DNA of 64,000 bases from Eledone cirrhosa (lineage: Eukaryota). This document shows, in pieces, positions 12,601 to 24,995 of the stretch. The DNA lies in the NCBI GenBank assembly GCA_964016885.1, contig OZ024742.1:111414001-111478000 (forward strand), given 5' to 3'. Made by a program: the position numbers and the translations under genes. Under the pieces are notes generated by a model that saw only the letters and a list, made by a program, of their open reading frames with translations, made no database searches and was not told the DNA's origin. Position 1 is the first letter of the stretch. Each line of letters starts with the position of its first letter.

Positions 12601-12774
12601 ATATATGTAGATAAATCTACCAAAATATAAGGTAGTGTCCAATCCGTATGAAGAACTGAATGTAATCCAAATATCATGAAAAGAGAAAATGTATTCAAGA
12701 ACTTGGAAAACAGTCATGATAAATTATAAAAACAATGAATAAAAACAAAGAAACAGTTCTTTATATAAAAAAAT

Positions 12775-12912
12775 TCATCATTTTACGATCGTTTCTAGGA
12801 TATATATGTTTGTGTTGGTATGTATATCATAGAGATCTATGTAAAAGTTTTACAAAATATCAGAGGGAATACACATACCTACACATATATATGCTGTCTT
12901 CAGAAATAATGA
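12775..12912 (-). ncRNA. Type I hammerhead ribozyme with ~100-nt stem II (pLTR copy 1)
   Basis: Minus strand: UCAUUAUUU-CUGAAGA-[long hairpin]-GAAA-CGAUCG-UA/AAAUGAUGA. Stem I is 9 bp and stem III is palindromic. Confidence 0.75.
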
Positions 12913-13627
12913 TATATGTTTATTGAAAATAAACCAACAAAGATTTAATATAATAGCTCTGTTTGGGAATAGATTTTGAATTGACCAATAGAAAAGTAGT
13001 AAGTGGTCAAGTTGATAGAATAGTAGTAGTAGAAATTTAATTTAGGGGTAGAGGAATGCAGACTTCAGTTTTGAATGGAAAGAATAGTTTGAATGAAAAT
13101 ATTACTTTGGGGGTGAAAAGAGGTCAAGCCGAACATTTTATGTTATTAAAGAATAATACTAATGTTAAAATCGAAGGAGAATAAAATTTTAGGATAAATG
13201 TGTTAGTGAGAAATACCAATCTTATTTAAAACATAAGGAATTTAGATCTATAAAAAGAAATTCAATTAATTTAATTGATAGTTATACTTATAGGGATAAA
13301 TTCATATTAATTAATATAGATGTGATAAATAAGAGTTAGATGTTATTAAAGAATGTTGTTAAAACGAAGAAAAAAAAGGAAAACAATTTTTTTGGATAAA
13401 TGTCTTAGTGAGAAATAACAAACTTATATAGACTACAAGGAGTTTAGATTCATAACAGGAAATTAAAATAGTTTATATGTATACTTATAGGTATTAATTT
13501 TAGGAAAATATATCTGTAAAAGGGAAATAAAATTATGAAGTTCTCAGTAGTAAAATACTAATTATAGGTTAACTAAATTAAAAAAACTAATTATAATAAT
13601 TTGTAAAATATAAGTTTAAGGTGTATA

Positions 13628-16130
13628 TTAATTAGGTTTATAATATCTGAAAGTTCTTCTAATTCTATGATTGCACGATATAATTAATTCTTGTCGCTTA
13701 TTTAATAGGATATCCTTAGATTTCATTATTTCAAAAAGTTCCTGGGAACATAATCTACACTCATATCTGTTATTTTGATAAGGGGTGGCAATTTTGAGCA
13801 CACTCCAGGTCAGGTTATAATCGATATTCTTATTTCTATAATTATTAATTATTTCAGCCAAGGATGTTGTATTAGCTAATGATGGCATTTTAAAAACTGT
13901 GTTTGTGGGTATTAAATCTTAATTTAAATTGGTTAGAAGTAGCTCCTATATATGAATAAGTTGAGTCCTTAGTGCTAATTTTGCATTTATATACTATGTT
14001 ATTAATAAGGCAATTTCCTTTTAATGGGCAATTTCTTTGTTTCTACAATTACAACCATTCGTGAATATTATATCAGGGGAGTTAGTCAAATTAGGTGTGG
14101 AATTTACTCGACTTGTTGTATGTGAAGGAGATGGTGGTTTGTTGCTGTTTATTTTAGTATTAAGGTTAGTTTGATGTGTTGGTAGTATATTCATGTTTTT
14201 TTTACATTTATATGAATTGTAGGCACTTATATTTTGTTGTATATATTTGGTAGTGGAGTAGGAAAAATTGACCGTTGATCTATGTAAAATTTGATGGTAT
14301 TTATGGGAAGTTTTTCTCTAGGATAGTAAAAAATCTTTTAGGGATATTATCTTTAATTTGTAGAGTAAATGGAGAATTATACCAAGTAACTCGTCTATTA
14401 CGGTTTCGATGCTTTTTTTTATATTTATACGATGTATTCTGATGTTTACTAAGAGAGTTAGTATTAGTGAATTTATTATACATATGTTTAGTTAGATTTA
14501 GTTTTAGTCTGATTATTATGAACTGTGTTAGTAATGTTATTGACATATGTTGGAGTATTAGGATGAATGGTTTTTTAAATGTTATTATATTGTATGTGAG
14601 AAGAGGTATAGAAATTAAATTTTAAGTTGGTATTTTGGGGTATAGTGAGAGTGGCATTTAGGTATGTATTTTTCATTTGGTGTTTGCTGGTAATATTGGG
14701 TTGTATGTTTGTAGTATTGTTGGTAAAAGGTATATAGACTAATTTGTTTTGTGGCCGCTTCTAGCTAAAGCTTCGTTATAAAAGGTCGCATTTTTATCGA
14801 ATACATCCTGGTTAGAGGAAAGGTTAGAAATTCTGAGTGAGAAATTATATGCTAGGTTTTTAAGGATAAATCTAGGGTGATGGGATTGTGAGTGTATGTA
14901 ATGTAAGTTTCGGTTATGTTTATGGTAAGGTTGGTAGATACCCGTAGATAAGTCTAAAGTTATATCAAGGAAATTAACTACTTTACTGATGTTTTCAAAT
15001 GTAATAGTGAGACTATAATAGTCTTTGAGGAAAGTTCTAATAAGTTTTTTTTATATTTTCATTTTCTGATAGGCTAAATTTAGTGGAAAGAAGAAGACAG
15101 TCAACACGATATAAACCACCTTTAAGGTGGGGGAAAAGAAGCATTTATGTTAAATAGAAGAAAGAGGCCCACAAGATCGGTAATTTGGGCAGAATCACTA
15201 GAGCCCATAGTAATGTCGAATAGATTACTATATGTATTTCTGGTCCAGTATTCCTTCTGAAATTCCAGTAGTGTTTGTCTAGCGTGCGTGATAATATTAA
15301 TGTCACCCATAGTTAAGTTAGATCTATTTTTGGCAAATATCAAGGCTTTGTTCAGGAGTATGGGCCATATAGAGGAATAATAAGCATCTATATCGAATTG
15401 TAGAAATGAAGCAGATGATTTATTTCTAATATTAGTAAACCAGTTAATTACCTGGGATGTGTTTTCCCAGAGTGGTAAATTAACATATTTTCTTAGTTGT
15501 GGGATGACTTTATCTAAACAATTTTTACTAATGACGCCAACGTCAGATTTGGAAGGGCATATAAGTCTTATAGAAGGATTAGAGTTTAGATTTGTGATCT
15601 TTCAGGTTAAAGTGTGGTTTGTTCAGTACCAAAGGTTCAGTTCTATCTTCAATATTGAGTTTATTTACTATGTTGTGTGTTTTGTGTTTTGCTAAGTGCC
15701 GCATTATTTTTTTTAAAATAATTTTTCCTGAGTTCTTTATAAATGAACTCATTGTAATTATCAATATCTATGTGGTACAGATTTCCAGTTTTGTCAGAGT
15801 GGATATAGATTTTGTTAGATTCTTTTAGATCCAATAGAATCAAGATCCTTTTGAAAATTAGATTTATATTTCTTAAATTTGAGGTGTTTGATTAAGTTAA
15901 AAAGATCTTTCTCGAGGTTTTCAAGCAAGGAGTTGTGTGGTGGGTTCTTATAAGTAGTGAAATCATATAAATATTTCTTATCAGTACATTTTGTTTTTTA
16001 TCAAAGTGGTAGGCCCGCCATCTGACCCTTTTGATGAATTGGTTGGTTTTTTGTATCATAAGAAGTAAGAATTCATCCTTAGAAGGTATTGGTATATTCT
16101 TTAAAGAAGTCCCAATATTGTTTTTCCATT
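13628..16130 (-). pseudogene. PLE polyprotein (RT + GIY-YIG endonuclease), multiply frameshifted
   Basis: The - strand reads SLKNIPIP..FIKRVRWRAY, HSDKTGNLY, LKDHK, FDITMGSSDSAQITDLVGL, VTWYNSPF, CNCRNK..CPLKGNCL, YIGATSNQFK, CRLCSQEL..LLNKRQELIISCNH. The CxC..CP..C and C-terminal CxxC pattern fits the Naiad clade. Confidence 0.88.
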
Positions 16131-16465
16131 GTAAGATGGATAATGGACAAGAAAGAGAGCTCAGCTATATATATAGGGAGTTATAAAATTATATATATAA
16201 ATATAAAAAATATATATTAAAATATAAAAAATATATATTCAAATATTAATACCCGTATAAAATTAGGAGCAAAGTATGTAGATAAATCTATCAAAATATA
16301 CTGTAGTGTCCAATCCGTATGAAAACTCAATGTAATCCAAATATAATGAAGAGAGAAGATGTATTCAAAGATTTTTTCAATGAAAATCACAGGAAAACAA
16401 AGTCAAGATAAATTAATAAAAACAATAAATAAAAACAAGGAAACAGTTCCTTATATTAAAAAATT

Positions 16466-16600
16466 CATCATTTTACGATCGTTTCTAGGATATATATGTG
16501 TGTGTTGGTATGTATATCATATAGATCTATGTAAAAAATTTACAAACTATCAGAGGGAATATACATACCTACACATATATATGCTGTCTTCAGAAATAAT
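16466..16600 (-). ncRNA. Type I hammerhead ribozyme with long stem II (pLTR copy 2; a SINE is inserted at its 5' arm)
   Basis: Same core as 12775-12912. The 5' arm is duplicated as the SINE target-site duplication (TSD). Confidence 0.7.
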
Positions 16601-16696
16601 TGTTTCTACTTTAGGCACAAGGCCAGCAATTACCCAGTGCATTACTGGTACTTTATTTTATCGACCCCGTAAGGATGAAAGGCAAAGTTAACCTCG
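16601..16696 (-). mobile_element. 5'-truncated tRNA-derived SINE with 18-bp TSD
   Basis: Matches the 3' half of 56442-56625. GCTGTCTTCAGAAATAAT occurs at both 16583-16600 and 16697-16714. Confidence 0.9.
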
Positions 16697-18520
16697 GCTG
16701 TCTTCAGAAATAATGATATTTGTTTATTGAAAAAAACCAACAAAGATTTAATATAAGAGGTCTGTTTGGGAACAGGTTTTGAATTGACCAATAGAAAAGT
16801 AGTAAGTGGTCAAGTTGATAGAATAGTAGTAGTAGCAATTTAATTTAGGGGTAGAGGAATCCAGACTTCAGTTTTGAATGGAAAGAATACTTTGAATGAA
16901 AAGATTACTTTGGGGATGAAAAGAGGTCAAGCCGGTGAAAGGTACACGAAAATTTGATGTTATTAAAGAATAATGCTAATGTTAAAAATCGAAGGAGAAT
17001 AAAATATTAGGATAAATGTGTTAGTGAGAAACCATTCATCCTAATACTCATTCATCCTAATACTCCAATATATGTTAATAAAATTACTAACAAAATTCAT
17101 AATAATCAGACTAAAACACCTAAATCAGTAAATCTAACTAAACATATGTATAATAAATTCACTAATAATAACTCTCTTAGTAAACATCAGGATACATCGT
17201 ATAAATATAAAAAACAGCATCGAAACCGTAATAGACGAGTTACTTGGTATAATTCTCCATAAGATCTACAAATTAAAGATAATATCCCTAAAAAATGTTT
17301 ACCCTAGAGAAAAACTTCCTGCGAAAACAGAAATACCATCAAATTTTAAATAGATCAACGGTCAAATTTTCCTACAACACTACAAAAAAATATACAACAA
17401 AATATAAGTGCCTACAATGCATATAAATGTAAAAAAAACATGAATATACCACCAACACATCAAACTAACCGTAATACTAAAATAAACCGCAACAAACCCC
17501 ATCTCCTTCACATACAACAAGTCGAGTAAATTTCACACCTAATTTGACTAACTCCCCTGATATAATATTCATGAATGGTAGTAACTGTAGAAACAAAGCA
17601 AATTTCCCATTAATAGGAAATTGCCTTATTAATAACATAGTATATAAATGCAAAATTAGCACTAAGGACCCAACTTATTCATATATAGGAGCTACTTCTA
17701 ACCAAATTAAAGTAAGATTTAATACACACAAACGCAGTTTTAAAAATGCCACCATTAGCAATCATAGAATTAGAAGAACTTTCAAATATTATACACCTAA
17801 TTAATATACACCTTACACTTATATTTTATAAATTATTATAATTGTTTTTTTTAAATTTAGTTAACCTATAATTAGTATTTTACTACTGAGGACTTCATAA
17901 TTTTATTTCCCTTTTACAGCTATCTTTTCCTAAAATTAATACCTATAAATATACATATAAACTATTTTAATTTCCTGTTATGAATCTAAATTCCTTGTAG
18001 TCTATATAAGTTTGTTATTTTTTACTAATACATTCCCCAAAAATGTATTTCCTTCGTTTTTAACAACATTCTTTAATAACATCTAACTCTTATTGATCAC
18101 ATCTATATGAATTAATATAAATTTATACCTATAAGTATACCTATCAATTAAATTAATTTAATTTCTTTTTATAGATCTAAATTCCTTATGTTTTAAATAA
18201 GATTGGTATTTCTCACTAACACATTTATCCTAAAATTTTATTCTCCTTCGATTTTAACATTAGCATTATTCTTTAATAGCATAAAATGTTCGTCTACCTT
18301 TCACCGGCTTGACCCCTTTTCATCCCCAAAGTAATATTTTCATTCAAAGTATTCTTTCCATTCAAAACTGAAGTCCGCATTTCACTACCCCTAAATTAAA
18401 TTTCTACTACTACTATTCTATCAACTTGACCGCTTACTACTTTTCTATTGGTCAATTCAAAACCTGTTCCAAACAGACCTATTATATTAAATCTTTGTTG
18501 TTTTTTTTCAATAAACAAAT

Positions 18521-18657
18521 ATCATTATTTCTGAAGACAGCATATATATATGTGTAGGTATATTTCCTCTGATGTTTTGTAAATTTTTTACATAGATCTA
18601 TATGATATACTTACCACACACACATATATATCCTAGAAACGATCGTAAAATGATGAT
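18521..18657 (+). ncRNA. Type I hammerhead ribozyme with long stem II (inverted pLTR copy 3)
   Basis: ATCATTATTT-CTGAAGA-...-GAAACGATCGTA/AAATGATGAT. Stem I is 10 bp with one G-U pair. Confidence 0.78.
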
Positions 18658-18732
18658 ATTTTTTTAATATAGGGAACTGTATCTCTGTTTTTATTCATTG
18701 TTTTTATTAATTTATTAATTTATATATATATA

Positions 18733-18935
18733 TAATGTATAATAAACAATACAATATAAATGCCTCATTAACAGAGGTTTCCCAAGTAAGACGAATACAA
18801 GAAACGTCCTCATTCGTTCGTCAGACAAGGCAACTTACCTTGTCTGACGAACGAATGGGGACGTTTCCTGTATTCGTCTTATTCGGGAAACCTCTGGTAA
18901 TGGGGTAATTATATTGTATTGTTTATTATACATTA
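18733..18935. repeat. ~200-bp palindrome whose arms each carry a hammerhead motif (18763-18830 on -, 18838-18905 on +)
   Basis: Arms 18733-18830 and 18838-18935 are reverse complements with a few mismatches. The + arm reads CCTTGT-CTGACGA-a CGAATGGGGACG..CGTCTTATTCG g-GAAACCTCTGGTA/ATGGGG. Confidence 0.8.
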
Positions 18936-19044
18936 AATTTAGCTCTGTAACTTACATAGAGCACTCTTCACTCCTATGACTTTTTCAATATTCAACGGAA
19001 ACTTCAATACCTATATATATATATATAAAATAAAATAATTAAAT

Positions 19045-19290
19045 CAAATATTTAAAATTTGGCTTCGTTTATTAAAGATGTACTGCTATATATAATTCTT
19101 TCACAGCCATCATTGGCTGTGATCTCTTCAGGCAGTCCGAATTGGTGTGGTAGAGACGGGTACACATGTTGTTGAAGTGTTTTACTCCGTCAATACTCCG
19201 ATATGCCCAGCTCCTGGTTGGGTTGTCATTTCTCTGCGGAACTGGAATCATATGAATTCGAACAAACGAATTTCGGCGACAAATGACCCT
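19045..19290 (-). mobile_element. PLE-type terminal fragment with degenerate hammerhead (19082-19136)
   Basis: Inverted homolog of 35165-35395. Reads ACUGC-CUGAAGA-gaUCACAGCCA auga UGGCUGUGA aa-GAAU(mutant)-UAUAUA-UA/GCAGU. Confidence 0.7.
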
Positions 19291-19732
19291 CTCTCCTCCT
19301 ATTGTTCAGTTGTGAGAACATTCCTCAGTGAAAAGTCTACAGACATTTTTCTGAGGCAAGACAATCTGTTGAGGTTGTTTTTGTTAAGTACAGCTGACCT
19401 CCTCCGTTGTGTTGGTAGTGATATTGGAGTTAGGGGGTCAGGAGGCAGGTCAGCTTTATTTCGAATGCTGCTATGTTTAGAAGAATTTGTGTGTGTGGGT
19501 TGACATATATCATGTCACCCTTTCACGTGGGGTGGGGGTGGGGGGCAAGCAGATGAATAAATAAGATAAAGTAAAATGGAGTAATAAAAGAATAAGAGGC
19601 AATAAAATGAAGAAAAAAAAATAATAAAAAAGTAATAAAATAATAAAAAGAATAAACTAATAAAAGAATAAAATAAAATGCGTGTGTTATAATCTCAAAG
19701 TTTTAAAGTTTTGGAAAATATTGACATATACT

Positions 19733-19767
<35 letters not shown>

Positions 19768-19792
19768 TATATATATAGAGAACAAGCATATA

Positions 19793-20790
19793 TTCTTCTT
19801 CTTCTTCTTCTTCTTCTTCTTCTTCTTCTGCGCCCACATATTCATAAGAGGGTCCTGGGGGTAGAATCTTCAAACACCAGCCAAGCTCATGGATGTTATC
19901 ACACCATCATCCTTTGGTTTTACACCTGGGTCTTCTGCTGGTAGGGTTCACTCGTAAATCTGTCCAGCGAACCTTTCCTGAGACATTCTAACCCCAAACC
20001 CGTAATATAGGAGCTATAACCTCTCTATCTGGAGAATTTAGCAGCTCTATTTGAAGAGACCCTCTAAACTCCGAACTACACATTCTATCGAGTAACGGCA
20101 TTGCAAAGACTCTTCCGAGGAACACCATTTCGGCCGCTTGGATTCATGATCGTATTCTATTGAAGATGCATTATCATGGTTAATGTTAGAAATTCTTGCA
20201 CTTAATTCAGCCTCCTAACACCCTTTCATTCGTGAATATATCCCCGAAATAATTAACCTTTTCCATCTGCTTCACTTGAACTCTCTATTCACATGTAGAG
20301 TGTATGTCTAGTTATGGAAGTCTATGTGATGGAAGAAGGTGTGCATAACAGAGAGTCCATTGCTGTAAGAAAAGTATAATAAGGCCTCTCCATTTGTATT
20401 TAAATCGGGCTGACCATTCTTTGTAACGATCCTCCATACAGATCTACAGTACCAGAGTCACAGAACCTTATTGAAGAAGCTCCAACTATATCTAGCCGTT
20501 AGCATCTAGCTACTTTCACCAGTTCCTCTCCTTACCTCTAAGTGTTGTGATGTTCCAGGCTCCAATTATCAAGGTTTGCTCCATTCTGAACACTTTTTGG
20601 GATCTCAGGTAATGCTATCTTTGTGCGTCCATCTCACGCCACCCGGGATATGCTGTATATACATCGCCAGTTTCTACAGCAGTAAATGTAGATTGCACTA
20701 TATTTTTCGAACAGGCCCCACTACCGACGACCCCTAGGCGTCACTTTTAACTCTCTCGAAGTACGATGTTGTATTGTTCTTTTTTGTACC
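19793..20790 (-). mobile_element. Decayed, internally deleted RTE-like LINE with (GAA)n tail
   Basis: The - strand near 20480-20580 reads TLIIGAWNITTLRGKGEELV..LDIVG (APE N-terminus), and near 20200-20280 reads VKQMEKVNYFG (post-RT). (CTT)n at 19793-19828. Confidence 0.65.
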
Positions 20791-20940
20791 TCTCACCATA
20801 TTGCAGTTTTGGTGGTCTTATTCGCACCAGTCACCGATCTGGTACTTCTCAAAGCCACGAATCTTTTTCTATAAATTTTAAAATTAAACAATTGTTAGTA
20901 TCAATATACAAATGTATTATATATTACGGTGTAAATATAA

Positions 20941-21126
20941 TTGTTTCTACTTTTAGCACAAAGCCAGCAATTACCCCAGTGTATTACTAGTATTTTATTT
21001 TATCGACCCCGTAAGGATGAAAGGCAAAGTTAACCTCGGCGGGATTTTAACTCAAATCATAAAGGGTCGTAATTCTATACTGCAAAGCATGGCGTCCGAC
21101 CCTCTCCCGATACTGCCAACCCACCG
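20941..21126 (-). mobile_element. Full-length tRNA-derived SINE
   Basis: Reverse complement of the family at 56442-56625 (box A TGGCAGTATCGG, box B-like, GCCTTTCATCCTTACGGGGTCGATAAA core). AATATAAT occurs on both sides. Confidence 0.88.
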
Positions 21127-22018
21127 TTACAATATAATGTAAACAATATAATGTACATTTCCAACAACAACCTTAAATTGACTTAGTACACTAAATAGGA
21201 TTAGTTATTTTATTCATTTTTTCACCCACATATAATTATTTACACATTTGCAGTCGAATGTTTTATAGCTTTCATTTGCTGCCTGTCCGGTTTTTTTTCT
21301 TCTGTATTTGAGGTGATTCCTCTTATATAAATTTGACAGGAATAATAGAGGAAAAAAAACTAAAAAAACTATAAAGCAGTCTTGAGGTAAATATTCATTG
21401 CACAAATCAATATTAGCCCATCGTGAATATCATTTTCTATTTTTCAGCAAATATGCTAGAATACGAAAAGATGTTTTGGTCTTCTTTTCGTTATATCAGC
21501 TAGAAAATAAAATATGGACATTAACATGTTATAATCTTTAAGTGTTCTTTGTGTGTGAACTATGTTAGTATGTTGATATTAGCTTGATTCTTATTTGTCA
21601 TACGGCCAACGTAAACGAGTAATGTATTCACTAAACAAATATAATTCCATAAACTAACCTCTGCACAACCACATTTAATATTTAATCATAACTGTGGCAT
21701 ATTCATCTATTAATCCACAGCATAATTATTTCTGCTTATTGTTTAATGCTACACGGGAAAGAGAGTAACCATATACAAATTAATTAGAATTAGGAACAGA
21801 ATATACATATATACATGTACAATAAGTAAAGTGTTTCTGAAGTTAAACCCAATTCCGAGCTTTTTCATTGAAGGCAAAAAGCTACTTACAATAGGATTTC
21901 AAATAAACAACACATACATATGCGTGTATGTGTGTATACATTAATACACGAATACATACACACACACATACGCACATATATATTTTTATGTGTGTGTATT
22001 TGTGTATTCATGTATACC

Positions 22019-22024
<6 letters not shown>

Positions 22025-22070
<46 letters not shown>

Positions 22071-22086
22071 CATATAAAGAGAGATA

Positions 22087-22170
<84 letters not shown>
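22025..22170. repeat. (TA)n followed by (GA)n microsatellite
   Basis: Read directly from the sequence. Confidence 0.97.
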
Positions 22171-22173
<3 letters not shown>

Positions 22174-22342
22174 GGGGTGATATAGTCTGTCTGCGTTGCT
22201 GAGACCGAGGAAACCACTAATCATGGGACTACTAATGTGCATGGGGAGTTGCAGCGTGGGTATAGAGATATGTAAAATTCCGATCGCGGTGTCTGTTGGT
22301 TAAGGCTAGTGATTTCAACAAGCGTATATATATATATATATA

Positions 22343-23076
22343 TCTCAACCCACCTATAACAACATACAAAACCGCAACGAAGTACCTGCTCACAGGAAGG
22401 CCCCCAACTGTAACTGCCACCTACCGGATAAGTGCCCACTACAAAATAGATGCCTGGAATCAAGTATGTTGCACCTGTGTACTGTAAATTTGGACCACTT
22501 GACATGGCACTACATAGGTTCCACGGCTGGGGAATTCAAAAAAAGATGGCATGTTCACATACACTCTATGAAGAACCGTAAACTAAAGAACTCAACAACG
22601 CTGGCCAATAAAATCTTACAGCTTAAGAACACAAACCAGGAATATAGGATGAGCTGGTCGAAATTATCGGAAGCAAGGGCCTACCACAATGGAATGTCCC
22701 ACTGCGGACTTTGCAATATGGAGCTATTCCATATTTTAAAGTACGATACGATGCTGCTTAACAACAAAATAGAAAGATCAATTTTCTGTAGGCACAACGC
22801 AGCTACCAAGTTCTCAAATTTCAAACCTAGCAATCTCAAAATTCGAGCTGAACCACCCGGATTTTAATGTACGGAATACATACCCTCACACTGTTATTAG
22901 CTGTAAACTGACCGACTGGTGACTAGATCATAAATCTCCTAACCTTTCTTTCACTCTCCCCCTAAAGCCACATCAACACCATTAAGATAAGACAATCAGC
23001 ATGCTAAATATTTACTACACACATTTACATTTATTTACTACAAATTCTCCTTCCCCCTCCTTAGCCCTACACCCAC

Positions 23077-23078
<2 letters not shown>
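22343..23078 (+). mobile_element. 5'-truncated Naiad-like PLE (GIY-YIG domain, open frame to 22867) between (TA)n tracts
   Basis: NCNCHLPDKCPLQNRCL..YIGSTAGEFKKRWHVH..STTLANKI..CGLCNMEL..LLNNKIERSIFCRH. (TA)n at 22325-22342 and 23078-23120. Confidence 0.87.
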
Positions 23079-23119
<41 letters not shown>

Positions 23120-23584
23120 TACGTGGAGATGAACGATGTTACCCAATTGTCACTGTGTATGAATGAATATATTTGTTATTGTAGCATCATTACAAAAAAA
23201 CATTGTATCATTGTAAATAATTGGGAGACGTTCAAATATAGGTCGAAGAAGAAATATGTATCGAAAGCCTAATGTTAGAAACATAAATGAAGAGAATTCT
23301 TAATTTACTAACGTAAGAACAAGGTCAGAATTTTCAGGCTGGGTGATTATATGAACCACAGTACATGATTTAAAATAAGAAAATACAGTAACAAATTACT
23401 GAAATATATAATTTTGAAAATATTTTATTATTTCTGCTAATTATTTAGATAAACAGTACGCATATTAGTTGATATACACGAGGAATACATTTGCTGGAAA
23501 TCAAATTATATGATTGAACTTTTGACAGTAACCCGTTGCCAATACGACAATATCAATATTTGCACGGAGATGAGGGGAAAATAA

Positions 23585-23792
23585 TGGTTTATGATCTAGG
23601 CACAACGCCAATAATATTTGGGGAGAGGAAAGTCGATTAAATCTACCTCAGTGCATTACTGGTACTTTATTTTATCGACCCCGTAAGGATAAATGGCAAA
23701 GCTAAACTCGGCAGGATTTGAACTCAGATGTAATCCTATGCCCGAAATCATGTTCAGTGACGCTCTACAAGTACAGCCAATCCAACGCCCTC
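23585..23792 (-). mobile_element. tRNA-derived SINE, diverged variant
   Basis: Contains the same core (ACTGGTACTTTATTTTATCGACCCCGTAAGGAT) and the box B reverse complement GGATTTGAACTC. Confidence 0.8.
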
Positions 23793-23832
23793 CGCAAACA
23801 TCAACATAATAATAACTATTATGCGATGATTA

Positions 23833-23987
23833 GGTCGGCGAAGTGGCAGAGTTGTTAGAACGTCGTATAGAATTATTTGTAGCATTCCTTTCGGCTCTCT
23901 GCATTCTGAGTTCAAACCCCTCCCGGGTCAACTTTGACTTTCATCCATTGATGGTCGATAAAAAAGTACCAATTTAGTACTGGAGTC
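23833..23987 (+). mobile_element. tRNA-derived SINE, older variant, head-to-head with 23585-23792
   Basis: TGGCAGAGTTGTT (box A), GAGTTCAAACCC (box B) and ACTTTCATCCATTGATGGTCGATAAA core. Confidence 0.75.
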
Positions 23988-24803
23988 TTTCTTCCTCCAT
24001 ATCTCCTCCCCGCTTCCATTATCTACTCCTCTCTATCCATCGCTTCAAGAAATCCGTTGGGGTGGATTAGGTCTCGCTAGGTTCAAAAATGCCCTGGAAT
24101 GGCCGTATGCCCATACGGCACCTCTTAAGGCGCCGTAATGACATACGGCATTAGGATTTACGAGACCATAATGTAATATAGGCAATGATTATTTAAGCCT
24201 CTGTTTGTGTGATAAAGTAATTCGCTTCCTGACCACATTGTGTGGTGTTCATTCTGACTTCGTGGATTCTTAGGGAAGTCTTTTCTACGATAGATTCCCT
24301 GTAACGTTTGACGTACATAGGAAACTTCTACGCGTGTGCGTGTGTTTTTATGGTCTGTAAATTAACGATTTGACAAATAGTGATCGATTAAAGTAACATA
24401 CTTGAAAAGATAGATAAGTCGAGATTCTTTAGATTGGTGTCTCAGCATGACCTCAATGTAATGACTGAAACTAGCAACAAATAAAATATCGTTTTTATAT
24501 ACTATGGAATAATATGTCAATCGTATTACAAAATGCTGCCTTGGCTTTTCTTCGAAACAAAATTATAAATATTATTTATGTCTCGAAACATAAGCGCAAC
24601 AGTGTTGTAGTCAATCCTTTTAGATGAACTAGAAGGTATTTTTTAGCCAAACAAAATAAGGCTGTATGCATTAGAAATACAATAAGTTGGTTGCAGATTA
24701 GAAATACTCAGCATATATACTTATATATCTTATCACATAAAATTTATGTTCTATTGAAGATATACAATAAATAATATAACGTAGAAGTCAAGGATATATA
24801 ATG

Positions 24804-24806
<3 letters not shown>

Positions 24807-24878
<72 letters not shown>

Positions 24879-24995
24879 TATATGTGTGTGTGTATGTGTG
24901 TATGTGTGAGTATGTGTGTGTAAGCATGTGTGCGGTGTGTGTGTCTGCGTGTAAGTGAGTGTGTTGTGTGTGCGTGTAAGTGAGTGTGTGTATGC
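24807..24995. repeat. Compound (TC)n-(TA)n-(TG)n microsatellite
   Basis: Read directly from the sequence. Confidence 0.95.

Larger units (their letters stand above)
12602..18720 (-). mobile_element. Naiad-like Penelope element with three terminal-repeat (pLTR) copies: two direct and one inverted
   Basis: 12602-13210 is repeated directly at 16275-17030. 17030-18720 is an inverted copy of about 12720-14570. The decayed ORF lies on the - strand between the direct copies. Confidence 0.9.
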
